DNA of 64,000 bases, from NCBI GenBank assembly GCA_963771275.1, contig CAVYSW010000010.1:384001-448000 (forward strand). Direction: 5' to 3'. Of the stretch, positions 31,435-40,114 are shown one piece after another (position 1 is the stretch's first letter; every line of letters begins with the position of its first letter). The notes under the pieces are model-generated. The model was given only the letters and a program-made list of their open reading frames with translations, had not been told where the DNA came from and did no database searches. Both the position numbers and the translations under genes were made by a program. Origin of the DNA: an uncultured Gemmatimonadales bacterium. Lineage in GTDB: Bacteria > Gemmatimonadota > Gemmatimonadetes > Gemmatimonadales > GWC2-71-9.

Positions 31435-32417
31435 AGCGCCCCGTTGCCCGGTTCGTCGCGACCGGCCGCTACGTGCCGGCCAAGATCCTCACGAACGCCG
31501 ACTGGGAGCGCATGCTCGACACGTCGGACGAGTGGATCCACGAGCGCTCCGGAATCCGCGAGCGCCACGTCTCCGAGGACCACGAGACGCTCGCGTACAT
31601 GAGCAGCGCTGCGGCGCGGCAGGCCCTTGACGACGCACAGATCGGCGTCGACGAGGTCGACACCATCGTGGTCGCCACGGCGTCCTGGGATCGGCTGCTG
31701 CCGTCGCAGGCGTGCGACGTGCAGGCGGCACTCGGCGCGAAGCACGCGGCCGCCTTCGATGTCGGCGCCGCCTGCAGCGGATTCCTCTTCGCAACGACCG
31801 TCGGCGAATCGATGATCGCGGCGGGCACCGCCCGCACGGTCGTCGTGATCGGCGCGGAACGCCTGACGCGCATCATGGACTGGCAGGACCGGTCCACGGC
31901 GATTCTCTTCGGCGACGCCGCGGGGGTCGGCGTGCTGCGGCCGGCGGACGATGCGCGCGGCATCCTGTCCACCTACCTCAAGTCCGATGGCACCCTCGGT
32001 CACCTGCTCTACCGTCAGGGAGGCGGCGCGTTGGAGCCACCCTCCGAGCAGATGCTGGTGAACCGCTCCTACTTCATCAAGATGGCCGGGCGCGAGGTGT
32101 TCAAGTCGGCGGTCCGCTCGATGGCGGACGCCTGCGACCATGCGTTGACGGGGGCCGGACTCCGCGGCGAAGACGTGGACGTGCTGATCCCGCACCAGGC
32201 CAACATTCGTATCATCGAGGCCACGGCGAAGCACGCCGAGATTCCGATGGACAAGGTCTACGTGAACGTGGATCGGTACGGCAACACGTCGGCGGCGTCG
32301 ATTCCGCTCGCGCTCGACGAGGCGGTCCGCTCCGGCCGCGTGCAGCCGGGCATGATCGTGCTGCTGGTGGCCTTCGGCGGGGGCTTCACCTGGGCCAGCA
32401 TGGCGCTGCGCTGGTGA
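31431..32417 (+). CDS. fabH: 3-oxoacyl-ACP synthase III
   Basis: AACSGF, LFGDAAG, PHQANIRII, YGNTSAASIP. Confidence 0.96.
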   Translation: MKRPVARFVATGRYVPAKILTNADWERMLDTSDEWIHERSGIRERHVSEDHETLAYMSSAAARQALDDAQIGVDEVDTIVVATASWDRLLPSQACDVQAALGAKHAAAFDVGAACSGFLFATTVGESMIAAGTARTVVVIGAERLTRIMDWQDRSTAILFGDAAGVGVLRPADDARGILSTYLKSDGTLGHLLYRQGGGALEPPSEQMLVNRSYFIKMAGREVFKSAVRSMADACDHALTGAGLRGEDVDVLIPHQANIRIIEATAKHAEIPMDKVYVNVDRYGNTSAASIPLALDEAVRSGRVQPGMIVLLVAFGGGFTWASMALRW

Positions 32418-33349
32418 ACGCGGTCCTGCTCTGCCCAGGCCAGGGGGCCCAGCGGGTGGGCATGGGGAAGGACCTGGCCGAGCGGTTTCCCGCGGCGCGG
32501 GCGGTGTTCGCGGAAGCGGATTCGGCCTTGGGGACGGCGCTGTCGCGCCTCATGTGGGAAGGCCCCGAGTCCGAGCTGACGCTTACCCACAACGCGCAGC
32601 CGGCGATCCTGGTCCACACGCTCGCGGTGCACGCCGTGGTGGGCGAGCGACTCGCGCCGCTGGCGGCGGCGGGCCACTCGCTCGGCGAGTACGCCGCCTA
32701 CGCGGCGCTCGGCACGCTGACCCTGACCGATGCGGTGCGGCTCGTGCGGACCCGGGGCGAGCTGATGCTGGCGGCGGGTCGGGAGCGACCGGGAACCATG
32801 GCCGCGGTGCTGGGACTCGACCCCGGCCGCGTGGCCGCGATCTGCGCCGCGGCGAGCCGGGACGGGGAGGTCGCGGTCGCGGCCAACCTCAACGCGCCCG
32901 ATCAGGTGGTGATCTCTGGTGATCCGCCGGCGGTCGAGCGAGCCGGTGCCGCGCTCAAGGCGGCGGGGGCGAAGCGGGTGCTGCCGCTCAAGGTGAGCGG
33001 CGCGTTCCACTCGCCGCTGATGGCGTCGGCCGTCGCGGGATTGACGGAGGCACTCGACCGGGTGACGCTGCGCGATCCGCGTGCGCCCGTCGTGGCGAAT
33101 GCATCCGCGGAGCCAGTGCGGGACGGGGCCACGGCCCGGCGCCTGCTCGGCGCGCAGCTCACCACGCCGGTGCGCTGGGTCGAGTCCGTCCAGACGCTCG
33201 CCCGGTTGGGGGCCGGTGCCCCGTTCCTCGAGTTGGGACCCGGCACCGTGCTCGCAGGTCTCGCCCGGCGGATCGCGCCGGGCGTGCCGGTGGGCAACCT
33301 CGGCACGGCCGTTGAGGTGGAGGTCTTCCTGGAAAAGGGGCTGGCATGA
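32414..33349 (+). CDS. fabD: Malonyl-CoA:ACP transacylase
   Basis: PGQGAQ, GHSLGEY, SGAFHSPLM, PVRWVE. Confidence 0.96.
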   Translation: MNAVLLCPGQGAQRVGMGKDLAERFPAARAVFAEADSALGTALSRLMWEGPESELTLTHNAQPAILVHTLAVHAVVGERLAPLAAAGHSLGEYAAYAALGTLTLTDAVRLVRTRGELMLAAGRERPGTMAAVLGLDPGRVAAICAAASRDGEVAVAANLNAPDQVVISGDPPAVERAGAALKAAGAKRVLPLKVSGAFHSPLMASAVAGLTEALDRVTLRDPRAPVVANASAEPVRDGATARRLLGAQLTTPVRWVESVQTLARLGAGAPFLELGPGTVLAGLARRIAPGVPVGNLGTAVEVEVFLEKGLA

Positions 33350-34080
33350 TTGATCTGTCGGGCAGGGTCGCCCTGGTCACGGGTGGGTCGCGCGGCATCG
33401 GTGCCGCGATCGCGGAAAAGCTGTATCAGGCCGGGGCCAAGGTCGCCGTCGTCGACGTCGACGCCGCCGGCGCCGGCCAGCAGGCTGCCGCGCTCGGGGA
33501 GCGCGCGCTGGCGGTCGGTGGCAGTGTCGCCGACCAGGACCAGGTGGTGCAGGCACTCGAGACGGTGGAGCAGGGGCTCGGTCCCGTCGACATCCTGGTC
33601 AACAACGCGGGCCTCACGCGCGACGGCCTGCTCGCCCGCATGACCGGTGCGGACTGGGACACGGTCCTGAGCGTCAATCTCAAGGGCGCCTTCCTGATGA
33701 CGAAGGCGGCCACGCGCGGCATGATGAAGCGACGTTGGGGGCGCATCATCAACATCGCCAGCGTCGTGGGCCTGATCGGCAACGCCGGTCAGGCGAACTA
33801 TGCCGCGTCCAAGGCGGGCCTGATCGGCCTCACCAAGGCCGTCGCCAAGGAGTTCGCGTCGCGCAACGTCCTCGTGAACGCGGTGGCACCCGGCTTCATC
33901 GACACCGACATGACCCGGGCGCTCACCGACCAGCAGCGGGAGCTGCTGCTGCGCCAGGTCCCGCTGGGCCGCCTCGGCCACCGGGACGACGTTGCCAACG
34001 CGGTGCTCTTTCTTGCATCCAACCTCGCCGACTACATTACAGGCCAAGTCGTGGTCGTAGACGGCGGGATGGTCATGTAA
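33346..34080 (+). CDS. fabG: 3-oxoacyl-ACP reductase
   Basis: TGGSRGIG, NNAG, NYAASKAG, VAPGFIDTDMT. Confidence 0.96.
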   Translation: MIDLSGRVALVTGGSRGIGAAIAEKLYQAGAKVAVVDVDAAGAGQQAAALGERALAVGGSVADQDQVVQALETVEQGLGPVDILVNNAGLTRDGLLARMTGADWDTVLSVNLKGAFLMTKAATRGMMKRRWGRIINIASVVGLIGNAGQANYAASKAGLIGLTKAVAKEFASRNVLVNAVAPGFIDTDMTRALTDQQRELLLRQVPLGRLGHRDDVANAVLFLASNLADYITGQVVVVDGGMVM

Positions 34081-34104
34081 ACCCTCCATCGAACGGGGAC
34101 TCAC

Positions 34105-34347
34105 ATGGGCGGCATCGAGGACAAGGTCAAGGATATCATCGCCGAGGAGCTCGGAGTCGAGCGGGAGAAGCTGACCGAGAGCGCGAGCTTCATGGAGGAC
34201 CTGGGGGCGGACAGCCTGGATCAGGTCGAGCTGGTGATGGCGTTCGAGAAGGAGTTTGACATCGACATCCCCGACGAGGAGGCCGAGAAGCTCCGCACGG
34301 TCGGCGATGCGCTCAAGTATCTCCACGAGAAGATGGGGAACAAGTAG
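34105..34347 (+). CDS. acpP: Acyl carrier protein
   Basis: [17 protein letters not shown]. Confidence 0.97.
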   Translation: MGGIEDKVKDIIAEELGVEREKLTESASFMEDLGADSLDQVELVMAFEKEFDIDIPDEEAEKLRTVGDALKYLHEKMGNK

Positions 34348-34348
34348 G

Positions 34349-35590
34349 TTGGCGCGTCGTGTCGTCGTCACAGGCCTGGGGGTCGTGTCGCCTCTGGGCC
34401 TGAATGCTGCGGATACCTGGGCCGGACTCGTGGCGGGCCGGTCGGGGGCGGCCCCCATCAAGCGCTTCGATCCGGCCAAGCTGGACGTGCGCTTCGGCTG
34501 CGAGGTCAAGGGCTTCGAGCCGTCACAGTACATGGATCGGAAAGAGGCCAAGCGCTACGACCTCTTCCTCCAGTACGCGATCGCCGCGGCCACCCAGGCG
34601 ATGCAGGACGCGGGCCTGGGGGAGACCGTTCCGGAGCCCGAGCGGGCCGGGGTCATCATCGGCAGCGGCATCGGCGGGATCGGGACGTTCGAGGAGCAGT
34701 GCAAGATCTCGCTCACTGAAGGCTACCGCCGCGTCTCCGCGTTCTTCGTGCCGATGTTCATTCCCGACATCGCCTCGGGTATCGTCTCGATCCGGACGGG
34801 CGCCAAAGGCCCCAACTACTGCACCGTGTCGGCGTGCGCCTCCTCGGCGCATGCCATCGGCGACTCGTTCCGCCTGATCCAGCGCGGATCGGCCGACCTG
34901 ATGATCACGGGCGGTGCCGAGGCGGCGATCACGCCGCTCGCGGTGGCGGGCTTTGCCAACATGAAGGCCCTCTCCACCCGCAACGACGAGCCGGAACGGG
35001 CCTCCCGGCCGTTTGATCGGGGGCGCGACGGGTTCGTGATGGGGGACGGCTCCGGCATCGTGATCCTCGAGGAGCTGCAGCATGCGCAGGCACGCGGCGC
35101 CCGGATCTACGCCGAAGTGCTCGGGTTCGGCATGAGCGCTGACGCGTACCACATCACCCAACCCGCGCCCGGAGGCGAGGGGGCCATGCGCGCGATGCAG
35201 GCGGCCTTCGCGGACGCCGAGATCGCCCCCGCGGCGGTCGGGTACGTCAACACGCATGGTACCGCGACCCTGCACGGCGACGTGGCGGAGGTGAAGGCCC
35301 TCAAGACGGTGTTTGGCCCGCACGCGTACCAGGTCGTGGCGGGTTCGACCAAGTCCATGACGGGGCACCTGCTCGGGGCCGCCGGCGGGCTCGAGTTCGC
35401 GATCAGCGTGCTCGTGCTCGTCAGCGGCGTGATCCCGCCCACGATCAACCTGGACGATCCCGATCCCGAGTGCGATCTCGATTGTGCGCCACGCGGGGCC
35501 GTGAACCGGCCGGTCAATGTCGCGCTGACCAATTCGTTCGGGTTCGGCGGGCACAACGTCAGCCTGCTCGTGGGACGGTATGCGGCCTAG
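34349..35590 (+). CDS. fabF: 3-oxoacyl-ACP synthase II
   Basis: TTG start. RRVVVTGLG, SACASSAH, NTHGTAT, KSMTGHLLGAAG, NSFGFGGHN. Confidence 0.96.
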   Translation: MARRVVVTGLGVVSPLGLNAADTWAGLVAGRSGAAPIKRFDPAKLDVRFGCEVKGFEPSQYMDRKEAKRYDLFLQYAIAAATQAMQDAGLGETVPEPERAGVIIGSGIGGIGTFEEQCKISLTEGYRRVSAFFVPMFIPDIASGIVSIRTGAKGPNYCTVSACASSAHAIGDSFRLIQRGSADLMITGGAEAAITPLAVAGFANMKALSTRNDEPERASRPFDRGRDGFVMGDGSGIVILEELQHAQARGARIYAEVLGFGMSADAYHITQPAPGGEGAMRAMQAAFADAEIAPAAVGYVNTHGTATLHGDVAEVKALKTVFGPHAYQVVAGSTKSMTGHLLGAAGGLEFAISVLVLVSGVIPPTINLDDPDPECDLDCAPRGAVNRPVNVALTNSFGFGGHNVSLLVGRYAA

Positions 35591-35630
35591 CCCGGATGTC
35601 CCGCGGGCCGCGGCGGGGAGTTAGCCGGCG

Positions 35631-36035
35631 GTGGCGCACAAGCCCGTCCTCATCCTCGTCGGCTCGGACAGCGATCGTGAGCGCGTCGAGCCGGCATGCA
35701 AGGCGCTCGACGAGGCCGGCGTGGGGTACGACCTCATGGTCTCCTCGGCGCATCGGAACGCAGAGCAGACGGCGCGGATCGCCAAGGACGCCCGCAAGAA
35801 TGGCTACCGGGTGATCATCGCCGCGGCGGGCCTCGCCGCCGCGTTGCCGGGCGCCGTCGCGGCCCTCACCGATCTCCCGGTGATCGGCCTCCCGCTCGAT
35901 GTCGGGCCGCTCCACGGCGTGGATGCGCTCTACGCCATCGCACAGCTGCCGCCTGGATGCCCGGTCGGGACGGTCGGCATCGGGATGGCCAAGAACGCCG
36001 CCTTGCTCGCCACGCGCATCCTCGGGGTCGCGTAG
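35631..36035 (+). CDS. purE: AIR carboxylase / N5-CAIR mutase (short form)
   Basis: GSDSD, SAHR, AAAGLAAALPG, PVIGLP, GVDAL, PPGCPVGTV, NAALLA. 134 aa. Confidence 0.88.
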   Translation: MAHKPVLILVGSDSDRERVEPACKALDEAGVGYDLMVSSAHRNAEQTARIAKDARKNGYRVIIAAAGLAAALPGAVAALTDLPVIGLPLDVGPLHGVDALYAIAQLPPGCPVGTVGIGMAKNAALLATRILGVA

Positions 36036-36048
36036 CGGTCGTTTCGTT

Positions 36049-36069
36049 TTGACACGCCCGCACTGTCAA
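36049..36069. promoter_or_regulatory. Perfect inverted repeat TTGACA-N9-TGTCAA (candidate operator)
   Basis: TTGACACGCCCGCACTGTCAA lies upstream of the DUF4382/ECF cluster. Confidence 0.4.
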
Positions 36070-36097
36070 GCGGCTTCACTGACGCCGGGTGCCTTCC

Positions 36098-36124
36098 TGT
36101 CACAAACCGCCCGCTACCCGTGTC
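36098..36124 (+). promoter_or_regulatory. Candidate ECF sigma promoter TGTCACA-N16-TGTC
   Basis: It lies 29 bp upstream of ATG 36154 and resembles the ECF41-type motif TGTCACA-N16-CGTC. Confidence 0.45.
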
Positions 36125-36153
36125 AGTCAGCGAACCTCAACGGGACGTTTGCC

Positions 36154-37029
36154 ATGCGACGGACACGGATGTTCGCCACCCTGGCGCTGGGCGCCGGGCT
36201 GGCGCTGGGCTGTACGGACGGCACCGGAACGGGCGGCTCGGCCCGGCTCACGCTCCAGCTCACCGATGCGCCGACCGATCTGTTCGCGAGCGCGGAAGTG
36301 GACGTCGGGCGGATCAGCCTGATTCCGGCGGACGGGTCCCCCATCACGCTCACCGAAGCCGGCGGGACGTTCGACCTGCTCGACTTCCAAAACGGCGTGA
36401 CCGCCGAGCTGGCGTCGCTCGACATCCCTGCCGGCAACTACCTCCAGCTGCGGCTCGAGGTCACCGGGGCCCGCGTAACGCTGGCGGACGGACTCACGTT
36501 CCGTGACGGCTCGACGTCGGCCGACCTCAAAGTGCCGAGCGGCGCCCAGAGCGGGATCAAGGTGAATCTGTTCGACGATTCCTGGCAGGCCGGGACGGGT
36601 GACCCCCTCGTGCGCACGGCGGGCGTCAGCATCGCGTCGGGCGAGACGATCATCGTGCTGGACTTCGACGTGGCGCGGAACTTCCGGCTCACAGGTCCCC
36701 GTGCTACGCCGACCGGAGTGATCTTCACGCCTCTGATTCGCGCGGTCGTGCGGAACATCGCGGGCAGCATCGGCGGCGTGGTGACGGACGCGAACGGACC
36801 GGTGGCCGGCGCCACGGTACGCGCGACGCTGACGGACTCCCCCGAGCTGGCGGAGCTTCAGACCGCCGAGGCTAGCGCCGTCACCGCCGACGACGGGAGC
36901 TACACCATCTGGTTCCTGGTGCCGGGGACATATACTGTGGATGTGGACGGTGTCACGGCGGACGCCCAGTCGGTCACGGTTGGACGGGGTGAGTCGGTGA
37001 CGGACGTGAACTTCATGATCACGCCGTAG
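36154..37029 (+). CDS. DUF4382-like lipoprotein with a C-terminal carboxypeptidase-regulatory-like (Ig-fold) domain
   Basis: Lipobox LALGC. Motifs LTLQLTDAP, FDLLDFQNG, IPAGNYLQLRL, LKVPSGAQSGIK, LDFDVARNF, and C-terminal GSIGGVV...DGSYTIWFLVPGTYTV. Confidence 0.8.
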   Translation: MRRTRMFATLALGAGLALGCTDGTGTGGSARLTLQLTDAPTDLFASAEVDVGRISLIPADGSPITLTEAGGTFDLLDFQNGVTAELASLDIPAGNYLQLRLEVTGARVTLADGLTFRDGSTSADLKVPSGAQSGIKVNLFDDSWQAGTGDPLVRTAGVSIASGETIIVLDFDVARNFRLTGPRATPTGVIFTPLIRAVVRNIAGSIGGVVTDANGPVAGATVRATLTDSPELAELQTAEASAVTADDGSYTIWFLVPGTYTVDVDGVTADAQSVTVGRGESVTDVNFMITP

Positions 37030-37034
37030 GGTTG

Positions 37035-37076
37035 GCGGGGGGCGCCGCCCGTGGCGCTGGCGGGCGGCGCGCCCGC
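37035..37076 (+). other. GC-rich stem-loop between the DUF4382 gene and the ECF sigma gene
   Basis: GCGCCGCCCG (37042-37051) pairs perfectly with CGGGCGGCGC (37061-37070), plus an outer GCGGG/CCCGC pairing. There is no U-tract, and it lies directly before the GGGAGG SD. Confidence 0.5.
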
Positions 37077-37087
37077 AGGGAGGCGGG

Positions 37088-37639
37088 ATGGCGGCAGGCG
37101 CAGCGCGGGCGGAGCTCTCGGATCGGGAGGCGGTGGCCTGCGTGCTGAGCGGCGACGTGGAGCGGTACGCGGTGCTGGTCGAGCGGTACCGGAAGGCGTT
37201 CGGCCGCTACGCCACCGCCGTCTGCGGCGACGCGGACCTGGCGGCGGACGCGATGCAGGAGGCGTTCATCCGCGCGTACGACGGGCTCGCCGGCTGTCGC
37301 GAGCCGGCACGGTTCGGGGCCTGGTTCTTCCGCATCCTGACGAACCAGTGCCGCAACCACCGCAGCCGGCGCCGCATGCACCTGCCGCTCGAGACCGTCC
37401 GAGCGGCGGCGCCGGAGCGGGCGGACGACGGGGTGGGGGCCGCGGAGACGCGCATGGCGATCGCGGCCGCGTTGGACGGTCTTGCACCGGAGCATCGTGA
37501 GGCGTTCGTGTTGCGGCACCTGGACGACCGGTCCTACGCGGAAATGGCGCAGCTGTTGGGCGAGCGGGAGGACACGCTGCGGATGCGCGTGCATCGTGCG
37601 CGCGCGGCGGTGCGCCAGCGGCTGGAGGGGGTGCTATGA
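37088..37639 (+). CDS. ECF-type RNA polymerase sigma factor
   Basis: Region 2 is AADAMQEAFIRAY...FGAWFFRILTNQCRN. Region 4 is LAPEHREAFVLRHLDDRSYAEMAQLLG...RMRVHRAR. 183 aa. Confidence 0.93.
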   Translation: MAAGAARAELSDREAVACVLSGDVERYAVLVERYRKAFGRYATAVCGDADLAADAMQEAFIRAYDGLAGCREPARFGAWFFRILTNQCRNHRSRRRMHLPLETVRAAAPERADDGVGAAETRMAIAAALDGLAPEHREAFVLRHLDDRSYAEMAQLLGEREDTLRMRVHRARAAVRQRLEGVL

Positions 37640-38286
37640 CGAGCGACGACTGGAGTGAAGCGACGCGGCGCTACCTGGACGGGGATGGCCCGGCGCCGGC
37701 CGACCCGGCCGAGCGCGGGCGGGCGGATCGCTTGAATGCGGCGTTTGCCGCGTACGCCGCCGAGCTGGTGCCGCCCGGGGCTGAGGTCGATCGTGCGGTG
37801 CTCGCGTCCGTGCGGGCGCGGCAGATGGCGCGCCGGGGCTGGTGGCGCTGGCTCGTCGAGCCGCGGCAGCTTGCGGTGCGTCCAGCGGTGGCAGCGGCGG
37901 CGCTCGTGGTGATTCTGGTGGCCGGCGCGGCGTTGGCGGCGCTCATTGGGTCACCTGACCGGCCGGGCGCCGAGCTGCGCGTCGCGGCGCCACCGGACCG
38001 CACCGTGCTGGTTCGTTTCGAGCTGGTCGCTCCCGACGCGCATTCGGTCGCGCTCGCCGGATCGTTCAATGGCTGGAACGACTCCACGACCGTGTTCACC
38101 CAGGGTGTGGAGGCCGGCGTCTGGACGGTGACGGTGGCGTTGGTGCCGGGCGAGTATCAGTACCTCTTCGTGGTGGATGGCCGACGCTGGATCCCGGATC
38201 CGGCGGCGCATGCGCAGGTCGAGGACGATTTCGGGCAGCGCAACAGCCTGCTCGTCGTCGGCCCGCGGGGAGTGGTGCGATCATGA
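37636..38286 (+). CDS. Putative anti-sigma factor with one TM helix and a C-terminal glycogen-binding (CBM48/AMPK-beta-like) domain
   Basis: Coupled to the sigma gene (ATGA). TM segment AVAAAALVVILVAGAALAALIG, then VRFELVAPDAHSVALAGSFNGWN...GVWTVTVALVPGEYQYLFVVDGRRWIPDP...DDFGQRNS. Confidence 0.82.
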   Translation: MTSDDWSEATRRYLDGDGPAPADPAERGRADRLNAAFAAYAAELVPPGAEVDRAVLASVRARQMARRGWWRWLVEPRQLAVRPAVAAAALVVILVAGAALAALIGSPDRPGAELRVAAPPDRTVLVRFELVAPDAHSVALAGSFNGWNDSTTVFTQGVEAGVWTVTVALVPGEYQYLFVVDGRRWIPDPAAHAQVEDDFGQRNSLLVVGPRGVVRS

Positions 38287-38999
38287 GACGCATGCTGATG
38301 CTGGCCGCCCTGCAGCTTGCGCTGGGGGCGGGAGCGGCGGCGGCCCAGACGCGCGACATCCGTGCTGAGCTGGCCGCGCGCGGGGCGCCGGCCGATTTCA
38401 TCGCGCGGGTTGGCGCCACGGTGGACGCGGCCCGCGCGCAGGGCCTGCCGCCCGAGCCGCTGATTGACAAGGCCCTTGAAGGGTGGGCCAAGCGGGACCG
38501 CGTACCGCCGGAGCGGGTGCTGGGCGTCCTCGAGCAGGTGCGCGCGCGCCTCGCCGAGGGCCGCGCTGCCACGGTGCGCGCGGGCATGGCCGACCCGCCG
38601 GGCGCGGTCGTCGCGGCGTCCGCCGAGGCGCTGGGGCGCGGCATGACCGCGGACGATGTGCGCGACCTCGTCGCGACCGCGTCGGACGCGGATCAGGCGG
38701 CGGCCGGGCTTACGGTGGCCGCGTCGCTGTGCGCTCAGGGACTCGACCGGGGGGCCGCGGTTCGGGCAGTGCAGGATGGCTACCGCGGGCACAGCGGCAC
38801 CGAAGGGCTGTTCGAGTTGCCGTCGGCGGTCGCTGACCTGACCGGGCACGGCACGCCGATGGCGGATGTGGCACGGCGCATCATGCAGGGAGGCGGACTC
38901 CCGGCGCCTGCGGCAGGCCAGGGCACCAGTCAAGGGCGGCCCGGCACCGTACCGCCGGGCCGCGGGAGCAAGGGCTCCGGACACGTGCGCGGGCAGTGA
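38283..38999 (+). CDS. Secreted alpha-helical hypothetical protein
   Basis: Signal peptide ending AAAA-Q. Ala-rich helical repeats (ARAQGLPPEPLIDKALEG, ALGRGM, LCAQGL, LTGHGT) and a Gly/Pro-rich tail. Coupled by ATGA. Confidence 0.75.
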   Translation: MRRMLMLAALQLALGAGAAAAQTRDIRAELAARGAPADFIARVGATVDAARAQGLPPEPLIDKALEGWAKRDRVPPERVLGVLEQVRARLAEGRAATVRAGMADPPGAVVAASAEALGRGMTADDVRDLVATASDADQAAAGLTVAASLCAQGLDRGAAVRAVQDGYRGHSGTEGLFELPSAVADLTGHGTPMADVARRIMQGGGLPAPAAGQGTSQGRPGTVPPGRGSKGSGHVRGQ

Positions 39000-40051
39000 T
39001 CCGCGGCGTCGGTGTCGCCACCCTCCTGTGCGCGGGTATCCTCGAGGCCCAGGAGGGCTCGCTGTTCTTGGGGGCGAGCCGCGCCCGATACGCCGACAGC
39101 CTGGACGGGACGGCGGCGTTCGCCGCGGGCCGGCTGACCGCCGGGCGTGGGCTACGGGCCGGCGAGCTCGACGGAGCCTTCTCGGCGTTCACGAGTGGAG
39201 GCTGGGCGCTCCAGGTCGCGGGTCAGGCGACGGTGTTGTGGCGCGCAGAGCGCACTCGGGGACCCTTCCTCGGGTTCGCGGGCGGTGCCACGCTCAACGC
39301 GTACCAGGGGGGGACGCCAAGCGGGTCGCTGGCCGGCGGCCCGCTCGTCGCGCTCGCAGCAGGGTCGTCCTATCTCTCGCTCGGCGTGGCGGGGGGCGCC
39401 GTGCGTCGCGTGGACTCGACTTGGTCGCGGCTGGGCAGCCTCTCGGCCCGGTGGCAGTGGGCGCCCACGCGCGCACTGAGCGCGGACGCGGGCGTGACGC
39501 TCACAGGCTCCGATACCAACAGACTGGCCGACGTGTCCCTCGGACTGCGCACGGGTGGGGCGCCGGTGAGGATCTCGGCCATCGCGGGGACCCGCATCGG
39601 CGACCTCGCGGACGGGCCCTGGGGCTCGCTGGAGCTCGTGTGGCAGGCGACGTCGGTCGTCGCGATCGAGGCGTCGGCCGGACGCTTCCCGCAGGACCTC
39701 GCGGGGTTCGCCCACGGTCTCTACGCCCAGGCCGGCGTGCGGCTCGCGACCCGCGGGGCGGGCGGTCTGCCTCCACCCACCCTGACCGTGACGCCGTTCG
39801 GAAACGACCGCGTGCGGGTCGCGCTGCGCTACCGGCGGCCGGCCACCGCGCTCGCCATCAGTGGAGATTGGAACGGCTGGACCGCGATCCCGCTGCGGCG
39901 CGAGGGAGGCTGGTGGATCGTGGAACTGCCGCTCACACGCGGCGTGTACCACTACGCGCTCGTCGCGGACGGCACGTGGACGCTGCCCGACGGCGTGCGC
40001 GGCATTGCCGACGAGCTCGGCGGGCAGGTCGCGCAGCTGATCGTGCGGTAG
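38996..40051 (+). CDS. Exported beta-strand-rich protein (possible outer-membrane barrel) with a C-terminal CBM48-like domain
   Basis: Signal peptide (LEA-Q) and alternating strands (SLSARWQWAP, LSADAGVTL, GSLELVWQ, YAQAGVRL). C-terminal LAISGDWNGWTAIPLRREGGWWIVELPLTRGVYHYALVADG...DELGG. Confidence 0.75.
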   Translation: MIRGVGVATLLCAGILEAQEGSLFLGASRARYADSLDGTAAFAAGRLTAGRGLRAGELDGAFSAFTSGGWALQVAGQATVLWRAERTRGPFLGFAGGATLNAYQGGTPSGSLAGGPLVALAAGSSYLSLGVAGGAVRRVDSTWSRLGSLSARWQWAPTRALSADAGVTLTGSDTNRLADVSLGLRTGGAPVRISAIAGTRIGDLADGPWGSLELVWQATSVVAIEASAGRFPQDLAGFAHGLYAQAGVRLATRGAGGLPPPTLTVTPFGNDRVRVALRYRRPATALAISGDWNGWTAIPLRREGGWWIVELPLTRGVYHYALVADGTWTLPDGVRGIADELGGQVAQLIVR

Positions 40052-40114
40052 CCCGGGACGGAGCCGCGGATTCTGCGGCGGCGCAGGCCGTGGCGCGAGC
40101 GCCGTTCCGCCTGC

